Source of the DNA: Nitrosopumilus sp.
Lineage (GTDB): Archaea > Thermoproteota > Nitrososphaeria > Nitrososphaerales > Nitrosopumilaceae
Reading direction: 5' to 3'
Assembly (NCBI GenBank): GCA_965219345.1
Contig: OZ244732.1
Span: forward strand, 1,536,001 to 1,600,000
Length of the DNA: 64,000 bases
Shown: positions 29,912-39,631 of the stretch, one piece after another
How positions within the stretch are numbered: the first letter of the stretch is position 1
How the letters are laid out: every line of letters starts with the position of its first letter
Position numbers and translations under genes: made by a program
The notes under the pieces: generated by a model
Databases searched by the model: none
What the model saw: the letters and a program-made list of their open reading frames with translations, nothing else
What the model was told of the DNA's origin: nothing

Positions 29912-31837
29912 TTGTCCGATTTTGAATTCATTCCAACTGAAAAACAAATCCAAGAATCTAACATCTTCAAATTTATGCAAAAACACAGTATATTATCATT
30001 AGAAGAACTAACTCAAAAGGCTAAGGATGATTTAGAATGGTTTTGGCAATCAGTAGATAAGGATATTGGAATTGTTTGGGATGAGCCCTATACTAAAACA
30101 TTGGATATTTCTAAAGGAATTGCGTGGCCAAGGTGGTTTGTAAATGGTAAAACAAATATCTATAAATCGTCTGTTGAGAAATTTGCGAAACGAAATCCTG
30201 ATAAAATTGCATATCATTTTGTATCCGAAGATGGACAAACATCTAATATTTCATATTCAGAATTGGATTACAAAGTATCAAAACTTGCAAATGGCCTTAA
30301 ATCCATTGGAATAAAAAAAGGAGATGTCATTGCAATTTATTTGCCCATGATTGAAGAAGCAATACTGTCGATACTTGCAGCATCTAAGATTGGCGCAGTT
30401 CAAACTGTAATTTTCTCTGGATATAGTTCTGAATCATTGCATATGCGATTACAGGATTGTAAAGCAAAAGCACTTTTCATCTCTGATGGATTTTACAGGA
30501 AAGGAAAACCAGTATCTCAAAAACAGGATGTAGAAATTGCAATCAAAGATACTAGTGTTGAAAAAATTATTGTGGTTTCATACAAAAGAATTGATAATTA
30601 TGAAAAATCAGACAAAATAATTTTTTATGATGATCTGATATCTTCTCAAAACTATCTTTGTGATACAGAAATTTTAGATTCTGATGATCCACTGTTTATT
30701 TTGTATACGTCAGGCACAACAGGCAAGCCTAAAGGAGTTATTCACGCTCATGGAGGATTCTCTGTTTTTGCGGGCCATCAGGCTGCATATCTCATTGACA
30801 TGAATCAAAATGACACACTATTTTGGCCTGCTGATATTGGTTGGATTACTGGCTTAGTATGGAATGTATATGGACTTTTGATAATGGGGGCAAGTGCTGT
30901 AATTTATGATGGTGCATTTGATTTTCCAACGATTGATAGGATCTGGAAGACGTTATCTGATTATCAAGCAACAATTTTTGGAATATCTCCAACTGCAGTG
31001 CGATTATTTAAAAAAAATAATGTTGAACCACTAAAATCCTATTCGTTAGATAAAATTAAAAATATTCCAACTACCGGCGAACCACTTGATAAGGATTCTT
31101 GGTGGTGGTTATTTGAAAAAGTGGGTAACAAGAAGATTCCCATTATGAATTTGTCTGGTGGTACTGAAATTGGAGGAGCAATGTTATCTGTCTTTCCTGG
31201 AATGAAACTTAAACCATCCACTGTTGGAATTCCAGTTCCTGGAATGAATCTAGATGTATTTGATGATGATGGAAATTCTATAAGAAACCAAAATGGCTAT
31301 TTGATAATTAAATCTCCATGGCCTGCAATTACTAGAGGGTTGTTAAATGATGATGAAAGATATCTTGAAACTTATTGGTCACGATTTGAAAATATTTGGT
31401 TTCATGGAGATTATGTTTATGTTGATGAAGATAATCTTTGGTATATGCGTGGCAGAACTGATGATGTGATAAATATTTCTGGTCATAGAATGAGTACAGC
31501 TGAAATTGAACATGCTGTAATTTCTCATAAAAACATATCTGATGCTGCATCGATTTCTATTCCAGATGATATTACAGGTGAAGCAATTGTTGTGTTTTTT
31601 GTAACTGATAATAAATTAGATACTGGTTTAGAATCTGAGATTTCTAATTATGTTTCTGAAAAGATTGGAAAAGTTGCAAGACCCAAACTTGTTATCCAAC
31701 TTTCTGATTTGCCAAAAACAAGGACAGGTAAAATTATGCGTCGATTGTTAAAATCTAAATTATTGGGCCAGGATCTTGGTGATTTATCATCTCTCGAAAA
31801 CCCAAATGTTTTGGATGAAATTCCAAAATTAGGTTGA
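29912..31837 (+). CDS. AMP-forming acyl-CoA (acetyl-CoA-like) synthetase
   Basis: YTSGTTGKPKG, ADIGWITG, GRTDD, PKTRTGKIMRR. Confidence 0.93.
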   Translation: MSDFEFIPTEKQIQESNIFKFMQKHSILSLEELTQKAKDDLEWFWQSVDKDIGIVWDEPYTKTLDISKGIAWPRWFVNGKTNIYKSSVEKFAKRNPDKIAYHFVSEDGQTSNISYSELDYKVSKLANGLKSIGIKKGDVIAIYLPMIEEAILSILAASKIGAVQTVIFSGYSSESLHMRLQDCKAKALFISDGFYRKGKPVSQKQDVEIAIKDTSVEKIIVVSYKRIDNYEKSDKIIFYDDLISSQNYLCDTEILDSDDPLFILYTSGTTGKPKGVIHAHGGFSVFAGHQAAYLIDMNQNDTLFWPADIGWITGLVWNVYGLLIMGASAVIYDGAFDFPTIDRIWKTLSDYQATIFGISPTAVRLFKKNNVEPLKSYSLDKIKNIPTTGEPLDKDSWWWLFEKVGNKKIPIMNLSGGTEIGGAMLSVFPGMKLKPSTVGIPVPGMNLDVFDDDGNSIRNQNGYLIIKSPWPAITRGLLNDDERYLETYWSRFENIWFHGDYVYVDEDNLWYMRGRTDDVINISGHRMSTAEIEHAVISHKNISDAASISIPDDITGEAIVVFFVTDNKLDTGLESEISNYVSEKIGKVARPKLVIQLSDLPKTRTGKIMRRLLKSKLLGQDLGDLSSLENPNVLDEIPKLG

Positions 31838-31906
31838 AAAAATCTAACTTTTTGCTATTTACTATTTCACGCTTTGTGTCTTAATCAAATCTGATTATAC
31901 TCATTA

Positions 31907-33265
31907 TTGAAATTCATAGTTGATCAGCAGGTCGAAGACATAGAGATGCCTGAAAATCTCAAATTAAACACGTTTTTGAAGGAATTTCACTCTGATTGCC
32001 CTTATTCTGAGTGTAGTTTTGGATTATACGGCTTTGCATTTGGCCAATCGCCATTTCCAGTGCCATTATTAATGCAAGAAGCATTAATGAAAAACGCAAA
32101 CCAAGGGATATATGCTCCAGTTCCGGGAATTCCTGAATTACGTATTGCTATCTCAAAATACAACAAACACTATTTTGGAATGGATGTATCTCCTGAACGA
32201 ATCTATGTTGGTCCTGGAACTAAAGAGCTGATTTTCAATCTTTTAGAGATTTTACATGGAACTGTAATTTTACCTACACCAGCTTGGTTGGGGTATCTTC
32301 CACAAATTAGATTCTTGAAGAAAAATTTTCATATGTTACCATCTAAACCAAATAAGAAATTTTCTCCTGGTGATCTAAAGAAATTGGCACTTAGATTACA
32401 GGATAGACAAAAGATTTTGATTTTAAACAATCCTCACAATCCAACTGGATTATTGTACGATAAATTTGAACTAGAAGAAATTGCATATGTTTGTAGAGAG
32501 CAAAATATTACTGTAATTTCTGATGAAATTTATGCTCAGACAACTTATGATTTTTCAAAATTTGTTAGCATGGGAAAAATTTATCCTGAAGGTACATTTG
32601 TTACAAATGGTTTATCAAAATCCCACGCTGCCGGTGGTTATAGACTAGGCTATGTAATTTTCCCTCAACATGCAGTTGATTTAAAGAGACAATTTAAAAA
32701 AATTCTTGCAACAGAGTATACAGCAGTATCTACCCCAATTCAATATGCTGCAGTTGCAGGATTTGAAATCAGTAAAGAGATGAATATCTATTTTGATGCA
32801 ACTCGAAAAATTCATCAGATTATGGGAGAATATACTTACAATACATTATCTGCTATTAAAGGAATTAAACTAACAAAACCTGATGCCACATTTTATCTTC
32901 TAGCTGATTTTAATGCATTTTCAGCAGAGTTACGGAAAGCCAAAATTACTACATCTCAGAAATTATCCGAATCTTTAATCATTCATCCATATCATACTGC
33001 AATTGTAGGTGGTGATAATCTTGTTTTGGAGAGAACTGACTTTAGTGCGAGAATTGCCTATGTTGACTATAACGGAACTAAAGTTCTTCAAAATTATCTT
33101 AATGACAAACCAAAAACCAGTTCTGAAAGGGTAGAATTCGTAAAAAATAATGCCCCAAAGATGGTTGCAGGAATTGATATGATTGGTAAATTCTTTGAGG
33201 ATCTTAAAAAAGACTCATCACATGATTTACAAACTGAAAAAAGTTTGATAATTCCTCAAAATTAG
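31907..33265 (+). CDS. PLP-dependent class I/II aminotransferase
   Basis: NNPHNPTG, SDEIY, GLSKSHAAGGYRLG. Confidence 0.92.
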   Translation: MKFIVDQQVEDIEMPENLKLNTFLKEFHSDCPYSECSFGLYGFAFGQSPFPVPLLMQEALMKNANQGIYAPVPGIPELRIAISKYNKHYFGMDVSPERIYVGPGTKELIFNLLEILHGTVILPTPAWLGYLPQIRFLKKNFHMLPSKPNKKFSPGDLKKLALRLQDRQKILILNNPHNPTGLLYDKFELEEIAYVCREQNITVISDEIYAQTTYDFSKFVSMGKIYPEGTFVTNGLSKSHAAGGYRLGYVIFPQHAVDLKRQFKKILATEYTAVSTPIQYAAVAGFEISKEMNIYFDATRKIHQIMGEYTYNTLSAIKGIKLTKPDATFYLLADFNAFSAELRKAKITTSQKLSESLIIHPYHTAIVGGDNLVLERTDFSARIAYVDYNGTKVLQNYLNDKPKTSSERVEFVKNNAPKMVAGIDMIGKFFEDLKKDSSHDLQTEKSLIIPQN

Positions 33266-34491
33266 CGTAATTTCTTTTTTCTAATTTGTTGTACAATCAT
33301 TGGTAAAAATGCACCCACATCTGATACAATTCCTAATGCTTGCCATGTTCCTCTGTCCATAAGTTTTGTAACTGTTGGTTGATTGATATCGATAACAATC
33401 ACTTTGACATTGGCTGGAAGCATATTTCCAGTTGCAATAGAATGAAGCATAGTTGAAATCATGATTACCATACTTGCGTCTTTTAGAACTTTTTTGTATT
33501 CGCGTTGTGCTTCAGTAACGTCTGTGATAACATCTGGTAGTGGTCCATCATCTCGAATTGAGCTTGCCAACACAAATGGTACTTTGTTTTTTACACATTC
33601 ATACATAATTCCCTTTGTCAATTTCTTAGTCTTTACCATATTTGCAATAGAACCTGCTTTGAAAACAGCATTAATTGCATCCATATGATTTCTATGTCCA
33701 TGATATGCCAAAGTTGCGTCATGAACATTCATTCCTAGTGATGTTCCAAGTGTAGCATATTCAATATCATGAACCGCAAGAGCATTTCCTGCCAATACTG
33801 CATCAATATATCCTGATTTGATTAGTTCGGAAACTGCATCATCTGCACCAGTATGTACTATCGCAGGACCTCCAACAATGACTATTTTTCCACCCTTCTT
33901 TTTGGTATTGTAGATATCATCTGCAACTTTCTTTGCAATGTGTTGAGTTGGCCTTTCGCTAGAACTTGAACTTCCCATAAACTCAAAAACATTGACTCCT
34001 TCTCTTGGACGCTCAGGTGGAGTTATTTTGATTCCTTTTTCTCCGACAATTATTTGATCTCCTTTTTTGACATCTCTCACTGGTACACAAAATGCCTTGT
34101 TTCCCTTTACGACAATACATTTGTCCATCATCATATTTTCAACTTGAATCCATTTTCCTTTACGAAAAACTTGGGTATGATTGTTTGTTGTACTGTAAAA
34201 ATTATCAGGCATTACATAGTCTTTTGGAGATTTCTTTAATGCAATTTCTCTTTGTATTTTTGATACTGCCCCTTCTCGATAAATTGTTTCTAAAATTGTA
34301 TCAAGATGTTTTTGATTTTTACCCTTAACAAGTAATCGTGCGTACGATTGATCTTTTTTTCTCTTACCAATGTCAATTTCTTGTACTTGGAATTCTCCTT
34401 TGAGGTCCATTATCTTATCAAAGATCTTAGTTAAAATCAAAGAATCAATTAGGTGACCACTAACTTCAATCTCTTGAGAGAATTTACTCAT
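33262..34491 (-). CDS. LOR/SDH-family (TIGR00300-like) putative ornithine cyclodeaminase
   Basis: GHLIDS, FYSTTN, GNALAVHDIE, SIRDDGPLPD, TMLHSIATGN. Confidence 0.9.
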   Translation of the reverse strand: MSKFSQEIEVSGHLIDSLILTKIFDKIMDLKGEFQVQEIDIGKRKKDQSYARLLVKGKNQKHLDTILETIYREGAVSKIQREIALKKSPKDYVMPDNFYSTTNNHTQVFRKGKWIQVENMMMDKCIVVKGNKAFCVPVRDVKKGDQIIVGEKGIKITPPERPREGVNVFEFMGSSSSSERPTQHIAKKVADDIYNTKKKGGKIVIVGGPAIVHTGADDAVSELIKSGYIDAVLAGNALAVHDIEYATLGTSLGMNVHDATLAYHGHRNHMDAINAVFKAGSIANMVKTKKLTKGIMYECVKNKVPFVLASSIRDDGPLPDVITDVTEAQREYKKVLKDASMVIMISTMLHSIATGNMLPANVKVIVIDINQPTVTKLMDRGTWQALGIVSDVGAFLPMIVQQIRKKKLR

Positions 34492-34535
34492 TTTACTATT
34501 ATCTATATCATGATAACTAAAGGTTTACTTTTTGT

Positions 34536-34585
34536 GGGACGGAAGTTAACGGGAGCTGATCCTTCTTGGGAAAGGCCGGGAGCTG
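34536..34585 (+). repeat. left terminal inverted repeat
   Basis: GGGACGGAAGTTAACGGGAGCTGATCCTTCTTGGGAAAGGCCGGGAGCTG. Confidence 0.95.
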
Positions 34586-34643
34586 CCTACCTGGGCATGA
34601 AATGTGGTCAAGGGAGGAATCACAAAAGTTCTTTGAAATTGTT

Positions 34644-35274
34644 CTATCGGCGGCGGTGTCTCTTAGTTAGATTCCACTTGGCCGCCCTATATGCCAATAT
34701 TAGAAGAATGAATACTATAACGACCAAATCGTAAGCAGACACCCAAACATCCAACGTGATAATCTCGAATAGGCCAACATAATACAGAATCGTGACACTG
34801 AACACTACTCCAAACAGTTTCTTGGTGGTTTTTCCTCTGCGCTTGATCCACACTCGATCTCCTGCTGAATGCTCACGATACTTTACAGCATCCCACAGCA
34901 TGTATGTCAGAAATATTACGACTACTGCTATGGGAAAGTCACTGGCATGTTCAGTTTGGGAGATGCGAAGCAGGTAAAAGTACTCGAAGAGTATTACCAA
35001 GTCAATAACGAATCTTATGGCACCCGGATTGGTATCCTTGTGTGGCTTGATTGACACAGACCTAGAGTACCCTACCCATCCAGAAACGATTAGTATGTAT
35101 GCAAATGTCAATGTCATGACAGTCGTGTGGTTGTCCGGCTCAAACATGGACTGGATTGGAATCATAATACCCGAGGCCAGCATGAAACTCTGACCCAGTA
35201 CTATCGCGAACAGCACGTGGATGGCTTGGGCATAACTGCGTGCGCTCAGGAGCCCCCATCTTGGGAGTTGTCAT
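34644..35274 (-). pseudogene. multi-TM membrane protein, likely frameshifted near the start
   Basis: 190-aa hydrophobic ORF; ATG at 35274 (MTTPKMG) joins the frame if the G5 run at ~35253-35257 loses one base. Confidence 0.6.
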
Positions 35275-35478
35275 CTATTCATCCTCTGGTACTAAACTGT
35301 CTTTGGGCATCGAATCCAAATCTGTCACAAAATAATAGTTTGTATCATTCGGATCTATCTATACTATGACTAGCGAATGGCACTTTGTACACTCGGCCTC
35401 AATCCAAGGATCATCTTCTTCGTAGAGTTTCTTCAAATCAGCCTCTTCGAGTATGTGTCCTCTGATTTTGCAGTATCT
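35275..35478 (-). pseudogene. 3' remnant of a zinc-finger gene cut by IS481, with internal stop
   Basis: ...YCKIRGHILEE...ECTKCHSLVIV*IDPNDTNYYF...PEDE*. Confidence 0.45.
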
Positions 35479-36675
35479 TGTACAGAAAGTAGTATACCCC
35501 AGAGCAGAAAACAATCCGGGGGGACAGGCATGAGGATACTGGACAGAGTCGAAATGAAGGTGCGCGGGTGGCTCGGGCGCCGTGCTTCCAGATGGAGGCG
35601 TACCAGGGGTCGCCGCATCAGGGTCATGAGAAAACTTGACGAGTCGAAGGTAAAATGGATAGTCCGCCAGAAGCGGAGGACGGATGCGGGCAGGCCCACC
35701 ACCGCCCAAATTGCAGAAACGATGGGCATCTCCGCAGTATGGGTCAAGAAGCTGTGGGCCAGGTACAGGCATGCCGGACCGGACGGCATGGCATACCCTG
35801 CCAGGATGGGCAGGCCCGCAACGGCATGCACGGACGCAGGGAACATTCTGCTGTAATCGGTGCCCGCAATGCAACAAACGGCGGGCAGGCACCGTCAGGG
35901 CGGCCATGCGGCAGGAGGGAATCAATATACCGCACAGGACAGTACACAGCATATTGAGGGAGGACGGCAGCGCAGACAGGCATCCGAGGAAGAGCAGGAG
36001 GCGGAGATGGGTGCGCTACGAGCGCACGTACTCGAACTCCATGTGGCATACCGACTGGAAGCAGATACGCGGGGGCATGTACGACGGCAGGTGGTTCCTG
36101 TGCTACGAGGACGACGCATCAAGGTTCGTCACCGGGTATGGCGTGTTTGATAACGCCACCGCAGACAACGCGCTTGCCGTGCTGGAGCGGGCCATAGTGG
36201 ACCACGGCAGGCCGGCCTCGATAATGACTGACCACGGCAGCCAGTTCTATGCCAACAAGAAGGAGACCGCAAAGAGGGGCGAGAGTGATTTTGAGAAGAG
36301 GCTTGTCAGGCTAGGCATACGCCAGATACTTGCAGGAGTGGGGCACCCCCAGACAAACGGCAAGCTCGAGAGGCTTCACGGAGAGATACAGCGAAAACTG
36401 CACCATTTTGAGGGATCCTCGTACGGTACGGCAGTCAAGGCAGATCCCGACTGCCACGTGGGAGGGCCGTTCCACACCGGCGGTGCAAGGGATCCAATGG
36501 AACGATTCATTGACTGGTACAACAACTCGCGTGCCCACATGTCCCTTGACTGGGAAGACCAGGAGACTTCCGCCCAGGCGTTTGTACGCAAGATGGCCCA
36601 AAGGCAAAAGGGTAATAGATACAGAGACCGGTGAGGAGTATGATGTCGGTTAGAGGGTATACTACTTTCTGTACA
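35479..36675 (+). mobile_element. IS481-family insertion sequence (1,197 bp), transposase frameshifted
   Basis: 21-bp TIRs TGTACAGAAAGTAGTATACCC / GGGTATACTACTTTCTGTACA; rve core WHTDWK, DDASRF, TDHGSQF, PQTNGKLER. Confidence 0.93.
35626..36653 (+). pseudogene. IS481 transposase split across three frames
   Basis: MRKLDESKVKWIVRQK HTH part, RREHSAV segment, and catalytic core in different frames; C-terminus also shifted. Confidence 0.85.
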
Positions 36676-36680
36676 CCACA

Positions 36681-37280
36681 ATGCATGACGCCTTTGGAAT
36701 AAAGGTAAACGTGAGGGGAACCCCAAACTCGTTTGATTCTGCAAAAGATCTGGCAAGGCGCAACAAATTCCAATTCGAGGCGTGGGCAGTCACGCTGATC
36801 CCCAATGTCCTGCCAAACACCAAGCAGGTAGGCGACAAGGGGGTTGATGGCAGAGGATACATCCATCTGGGCAAGAACAAAGACGGGAAGCGAATAGATG
36901 CCAAGATAATCGTGTCCGTGAAAGGAGGGGGCAACTTGACGCCGTCAATGGTGCGGGATTTGGCAGGCACCATGAGCAGTGAAAAGGCAAAGTTGGGCGT
37001 GTTCGTGTGCCTTAAGGAGCCCACGCGAAAGATGAGGGAGTCAGCGGCATCAGAAAAATTCTTCAGCACGCCTTTTGAGGAATCATACCCAAAATTGCAG
37101 ATATACACCACTTGCAGAATTTCTAATAAACTGCTGGTAGTTTTGGAATCATACCCAAAATTGCAGATATACACCATATCGGACTACAACGGGATCAAGC
37201 CAAACCTGCCGTCACTAGCAGACTTTGTCAAGGCTCCCCGGTCAGAGATGGATCCAAAAGGAATGCAAACCACGCTTTAG
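36681..37280 (+). pseudogene. C-terminal Mrr-like restriction endonuclease domain of a DNA methyltransferase fusion, 5'-truncated by IS481
   Basis: FQFEAWAV, GDKGVDGRGY, IIVSVKGG, MVRDLAGT...GVFVCL.EPT..M, YPKLQIYT. Confidence 0.75.
37079..37176 (+). repeat. 32-bp perfect direct repeat flanking a 34-bp unique insert (repeat-spacer-repeat)
   Basis: GGAATCATACCCAAAATTGCAGATATACACCA at 37079-37110 and 37145-37176. Confidence 0.95.
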
Positions 37281-37368
37281 GGAGACAATCTGAGAAGATT
37301 TACCACCCGAAGATTACCCAGAACCTGTTAACGGTACCTTTATTTACACTCTCAATTCAGGCGACACA

Positions 37369-38154
37369 ATGACAACAAAAACTACCTCAAAAATGGTAAT
37401 CCTGTTAGGGATAACGGCACTGTTAATCGCCATGCCGTTCTCTAGTACAGCGTTGGCCCAAGCAAGCGGTTTGCAACACATGTACACCCCTGACATCATA
37501 AGTCATAGTAGCAATCAAGCCAATATATGGAATGCGCCGGAGCACGTGTACTCCCCTGACATCATAAGTCATATAGACGGACTGCTCGATGGCACCATCC
37601 CAACTGCCAAAGAGTTCATGATTGGGAATATGACGGTGTTGCTGACCACGAGTGTGGATACAATTCAACCCAATTCATACGTCATCAAGACTATCGTGAC
37701 GCATGACGGTGTCGAACAGCCGGATCTGACCCTCAAATACAAGGTAAAGATCTATGATAACGGTACGTACCATGTGGTCAACGCCGACTTTAACATGCTG
37801 GTGACAGACACCTACATTAGGGATGTAACCAAGTCAATACCCAAAGTCGTGTGGCTGCCTGGATGCGGTGCGACCGTGGTGTTGATCGGATATGGTTCTG
37901 GAAGCAACGTGGGTTGTTATGGTGCCGTCGATGTGGATGCCTCGGTATCGGCATCATCTGCATCCATAACATGGGACGCAGACAGCGTAGTCAACTGGCT
38001 GATATGGACATTCACATACGAACGTGGTTATGCCAACATAGTAGGTCAGGAATACGAGTTCAACATCAACAGCGGCTCGATAACCACAAGTGGGGACTAT
38101 TCGTCAACCGCTCAACATGCCATAGGCGGAGTCTTCTTCTACATCGTGGAGTAA
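37369..38154 (+). CDS. secreted hypothetical protein
   Basis: Signal peptide ...STALAQ; internal H.Y.PDIISH duplication; T-rich tract after stop. Confidence 0.7.
   Translation: MTTKTTSKMVILLGITALLIAMPFSSTALAQASGLQHMYTPDIISHSSNQANIWNAPEHVYSPDIISHIDGLLDGTIPTAKEFMIGNMTVLLTTSVDTIQPNSYVIKTIVTHDGVEQPDLTLKYKVKIYDNGTYHVVNADFNMLVTDTYIRDVTKSIPKVVWLPGCGATVVLIGYGSGSNVGCYGAVDVDASVSASSASITWDADSVVNWLIWTFTYERGYANIVGQEYEFNINSGSITTSGDYSSTAQHAIGGVFFYIVE
37477..37573 (+). repeat. 31-bp direct repeat (2 mismatches) flanking a 35-bp unique insert, 66-bp period
   Basis: CACATGTACACCCCTGACATCATAAGTCATA 37477-37507 vs CACGTGTACTCCCCTGACATCATAAGTCATA 37543-37573. Confidence 0.9.
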
Positions 38155-38155
38155 C

Positions 38156-38592
38156 ATGTCTCCCATCCCCTCTTTTTTATTTAAAATAAAATCATGCACG
38201 TGGTTTGCAATATCGGGTTTGGGAATAATCGGGGCGGCACACCAACTTGCCAACATGGTAATGCTGTTCGATTTTCTCGGTACCGTATGGTGTATTGGAC
38301 TGGCCGCAGTCGCCATGTTCGTTGTAATGGCAACGATCGGAGCGCTCAAGATACGCCACACTTTGGGGTGGTTCATGTGGGTGTATGTGCCATCCCTAAT
38401 GGCAGTCGGCGCCTTTCTCACAGGATGGCAGTGGAGTTTCATAGGGCCAGTCTGTTTCGGGGGATTCGGGAGTATGCAGGCTGGATTATTTTGATCTCTA
38501 GAAACTTTACAGATGATTGTCTTGGCGTGGCGCTCATAATAGGGGGCATATTTGTCCTCAAGCGGACGGGTCCGCGCGCAAAGGGAATCTAA
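38156..38592 (+). pseudogene. small multi-TM membrane protein, probably frameshifted
   Basis: Hydrophobic ORF 38156-38494 continues as a hydrophobic tail in another frame after the G5 run near 38460. Confidence 0.45.
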
Positions 38593-38728
38593 AAGCAAAA
38601 CTGGGAATTGGCAAATAATACCCAAATTCAAGGGATCAGACATCAACACAATGGTTCAAGCCAAACAACCAAGAAAAGTATCCACACAAGATCCGATAAC
38701 AAAGCACTGGTTCGTGTGGGAATACTAA

Positions 38729-38926
38729 TTATCGTAGCTCTTCATCATCCACGTCTGGGACAACCATCCCGGTATCCCGTCGTTTTTTCAAATACTCGCA
38801 TGCAAACATCTGCATGTTTCCGCATTTGTGGCAAAGCTTCAATTCTGCCGGAAACGGAATCTCGGTCGTAAATTTGGTTTTGGGATCCGTGAGCATGTCG
38901 CTTAACGGATATTTGCAGATTGGCAC
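38729..38926 (-). CDS. small zinc-ribbon protein (possibly 5'-damaged)
   Basis: LCHKCGNMQMF. Confidence 0.5.
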   Translation of the reverse strand: MPICKYPLSDMLTDPKTKFTTEIPFPAELKLCHKCGNMQMFACEYLKKRRDTGMVVPDVDDEELR

Positions 38927-39300
38927 AAATATTAGGACACGTCATCTGTCGCAGCGTCACATTTGCTCATTGTGATGTGACTATGCCATGTCTTATTAAA
39001 CCGATCCCCGCCTCGAATCGCCTAAGTCCACATAACTAAAGTATATAATCCCCCGGCGATCAATCTGGAGAAGATCCGCCCAGCTCCCGATATTCCCAGG
39101 AAGAACCTTCTTGTCGGCAGGTGAGAACGACAAGTGGAAGACGATAATCCAGAACGTCGGCCTGCACGAGAACTAGGCATAACCCAAAGATCAAAATACC
39201 CCTTATTCCATACCAAGGCATGGTTTGTAAAGACTGCAAGGACTGGAAAGAGACCTTGGAGTGGCTAAACAGCAACATTCCCAAAGAATCTGAGTAGCTA

Positions 39301-39528
39301 CTACGTCATCTTGTCCAGTTTGTCATTGTCTACATAGTCTGGATCTCCCGGCTTGTTGAAGGCGTTTAGGTATGATTGAACCATGACCATGAGGTGTTCT
39401 GTCATGGTTTCAAGTGTTTTTGCCTTGTACCTCTTTTCTAATGCCCTGACGAAATCTTTCGAGAATATCTCGCTTGACACTAGAAACTCACGGATCATCT
39501 TGTCGCGCGGCGTGTATGCGGCTGACAC
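39301..39528 (-). CDS. hypothetical protein next to right TIR
   Basis: 75-aa ORF, TTTATA on minus strand about 25 nt upstream. Confidence 0.5.
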   Translation of the reverse strand: MSAAYTPRDKMIREFLVSSEIFSKDFVRALEKRYKAKTLETMTEHLMVMVQSYLNAFNKPGDPDYVDNDKLDKMT

Positions 39529-39579
39529 GGGATCAATCCTAATGGAGATCTCTATAAACCGATCCTTGGCCGACCGCCC

Positions 39580-39631
39580 CAGCTCCCGGCCTTTCCCAAG
39601 AAGGATCAGCTCCCGTTAACTTCCCAGTCCC
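39580..39631 (-). repeat. right terminal inverted repeat
   Basis: Reverse complement GGGACTGGGAAGTTAACGGGAGCTGATCCTTCTTGGGAAAGGCCGGGAGCTG. Confidence 0.95.

Larger units (their letters stand above)
34536..39631. mobile_element. 5,096-bp non-autonomous TIR-bounded element with 8-bp target-site duplication
   Basis: TIRs 34536-34585 and 39580-39631 (45-bp perfect core plus terminal GGGAC); CTTTTTGT duplicated at 34528-34535 and 39632-39639; abrupt rise in GC inside. Confidence 0.9.

Noticed and set aside
34533-34545. Tn7-like left end (TGTGGGACGG)
   Set aside because: The TGT belongs to the 8-bp TSD; the right end finishes GTCCC rather than ACA, and there is no 5-bp TSD or tns gene.
35359-35952. 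Long minus-strand and alternative-frame ORFs over IS481
   Set aside because: Shadow ORFs caused by high GC; only the part below 35479 looks like a real gene remnant.
37079-37573. A genuine CRISPR array
   Set aside because: Only two copies of each repeat, the two repeats differ, they are coding sequence, and there is no leader or cas gene in the window; reported as scars instead.
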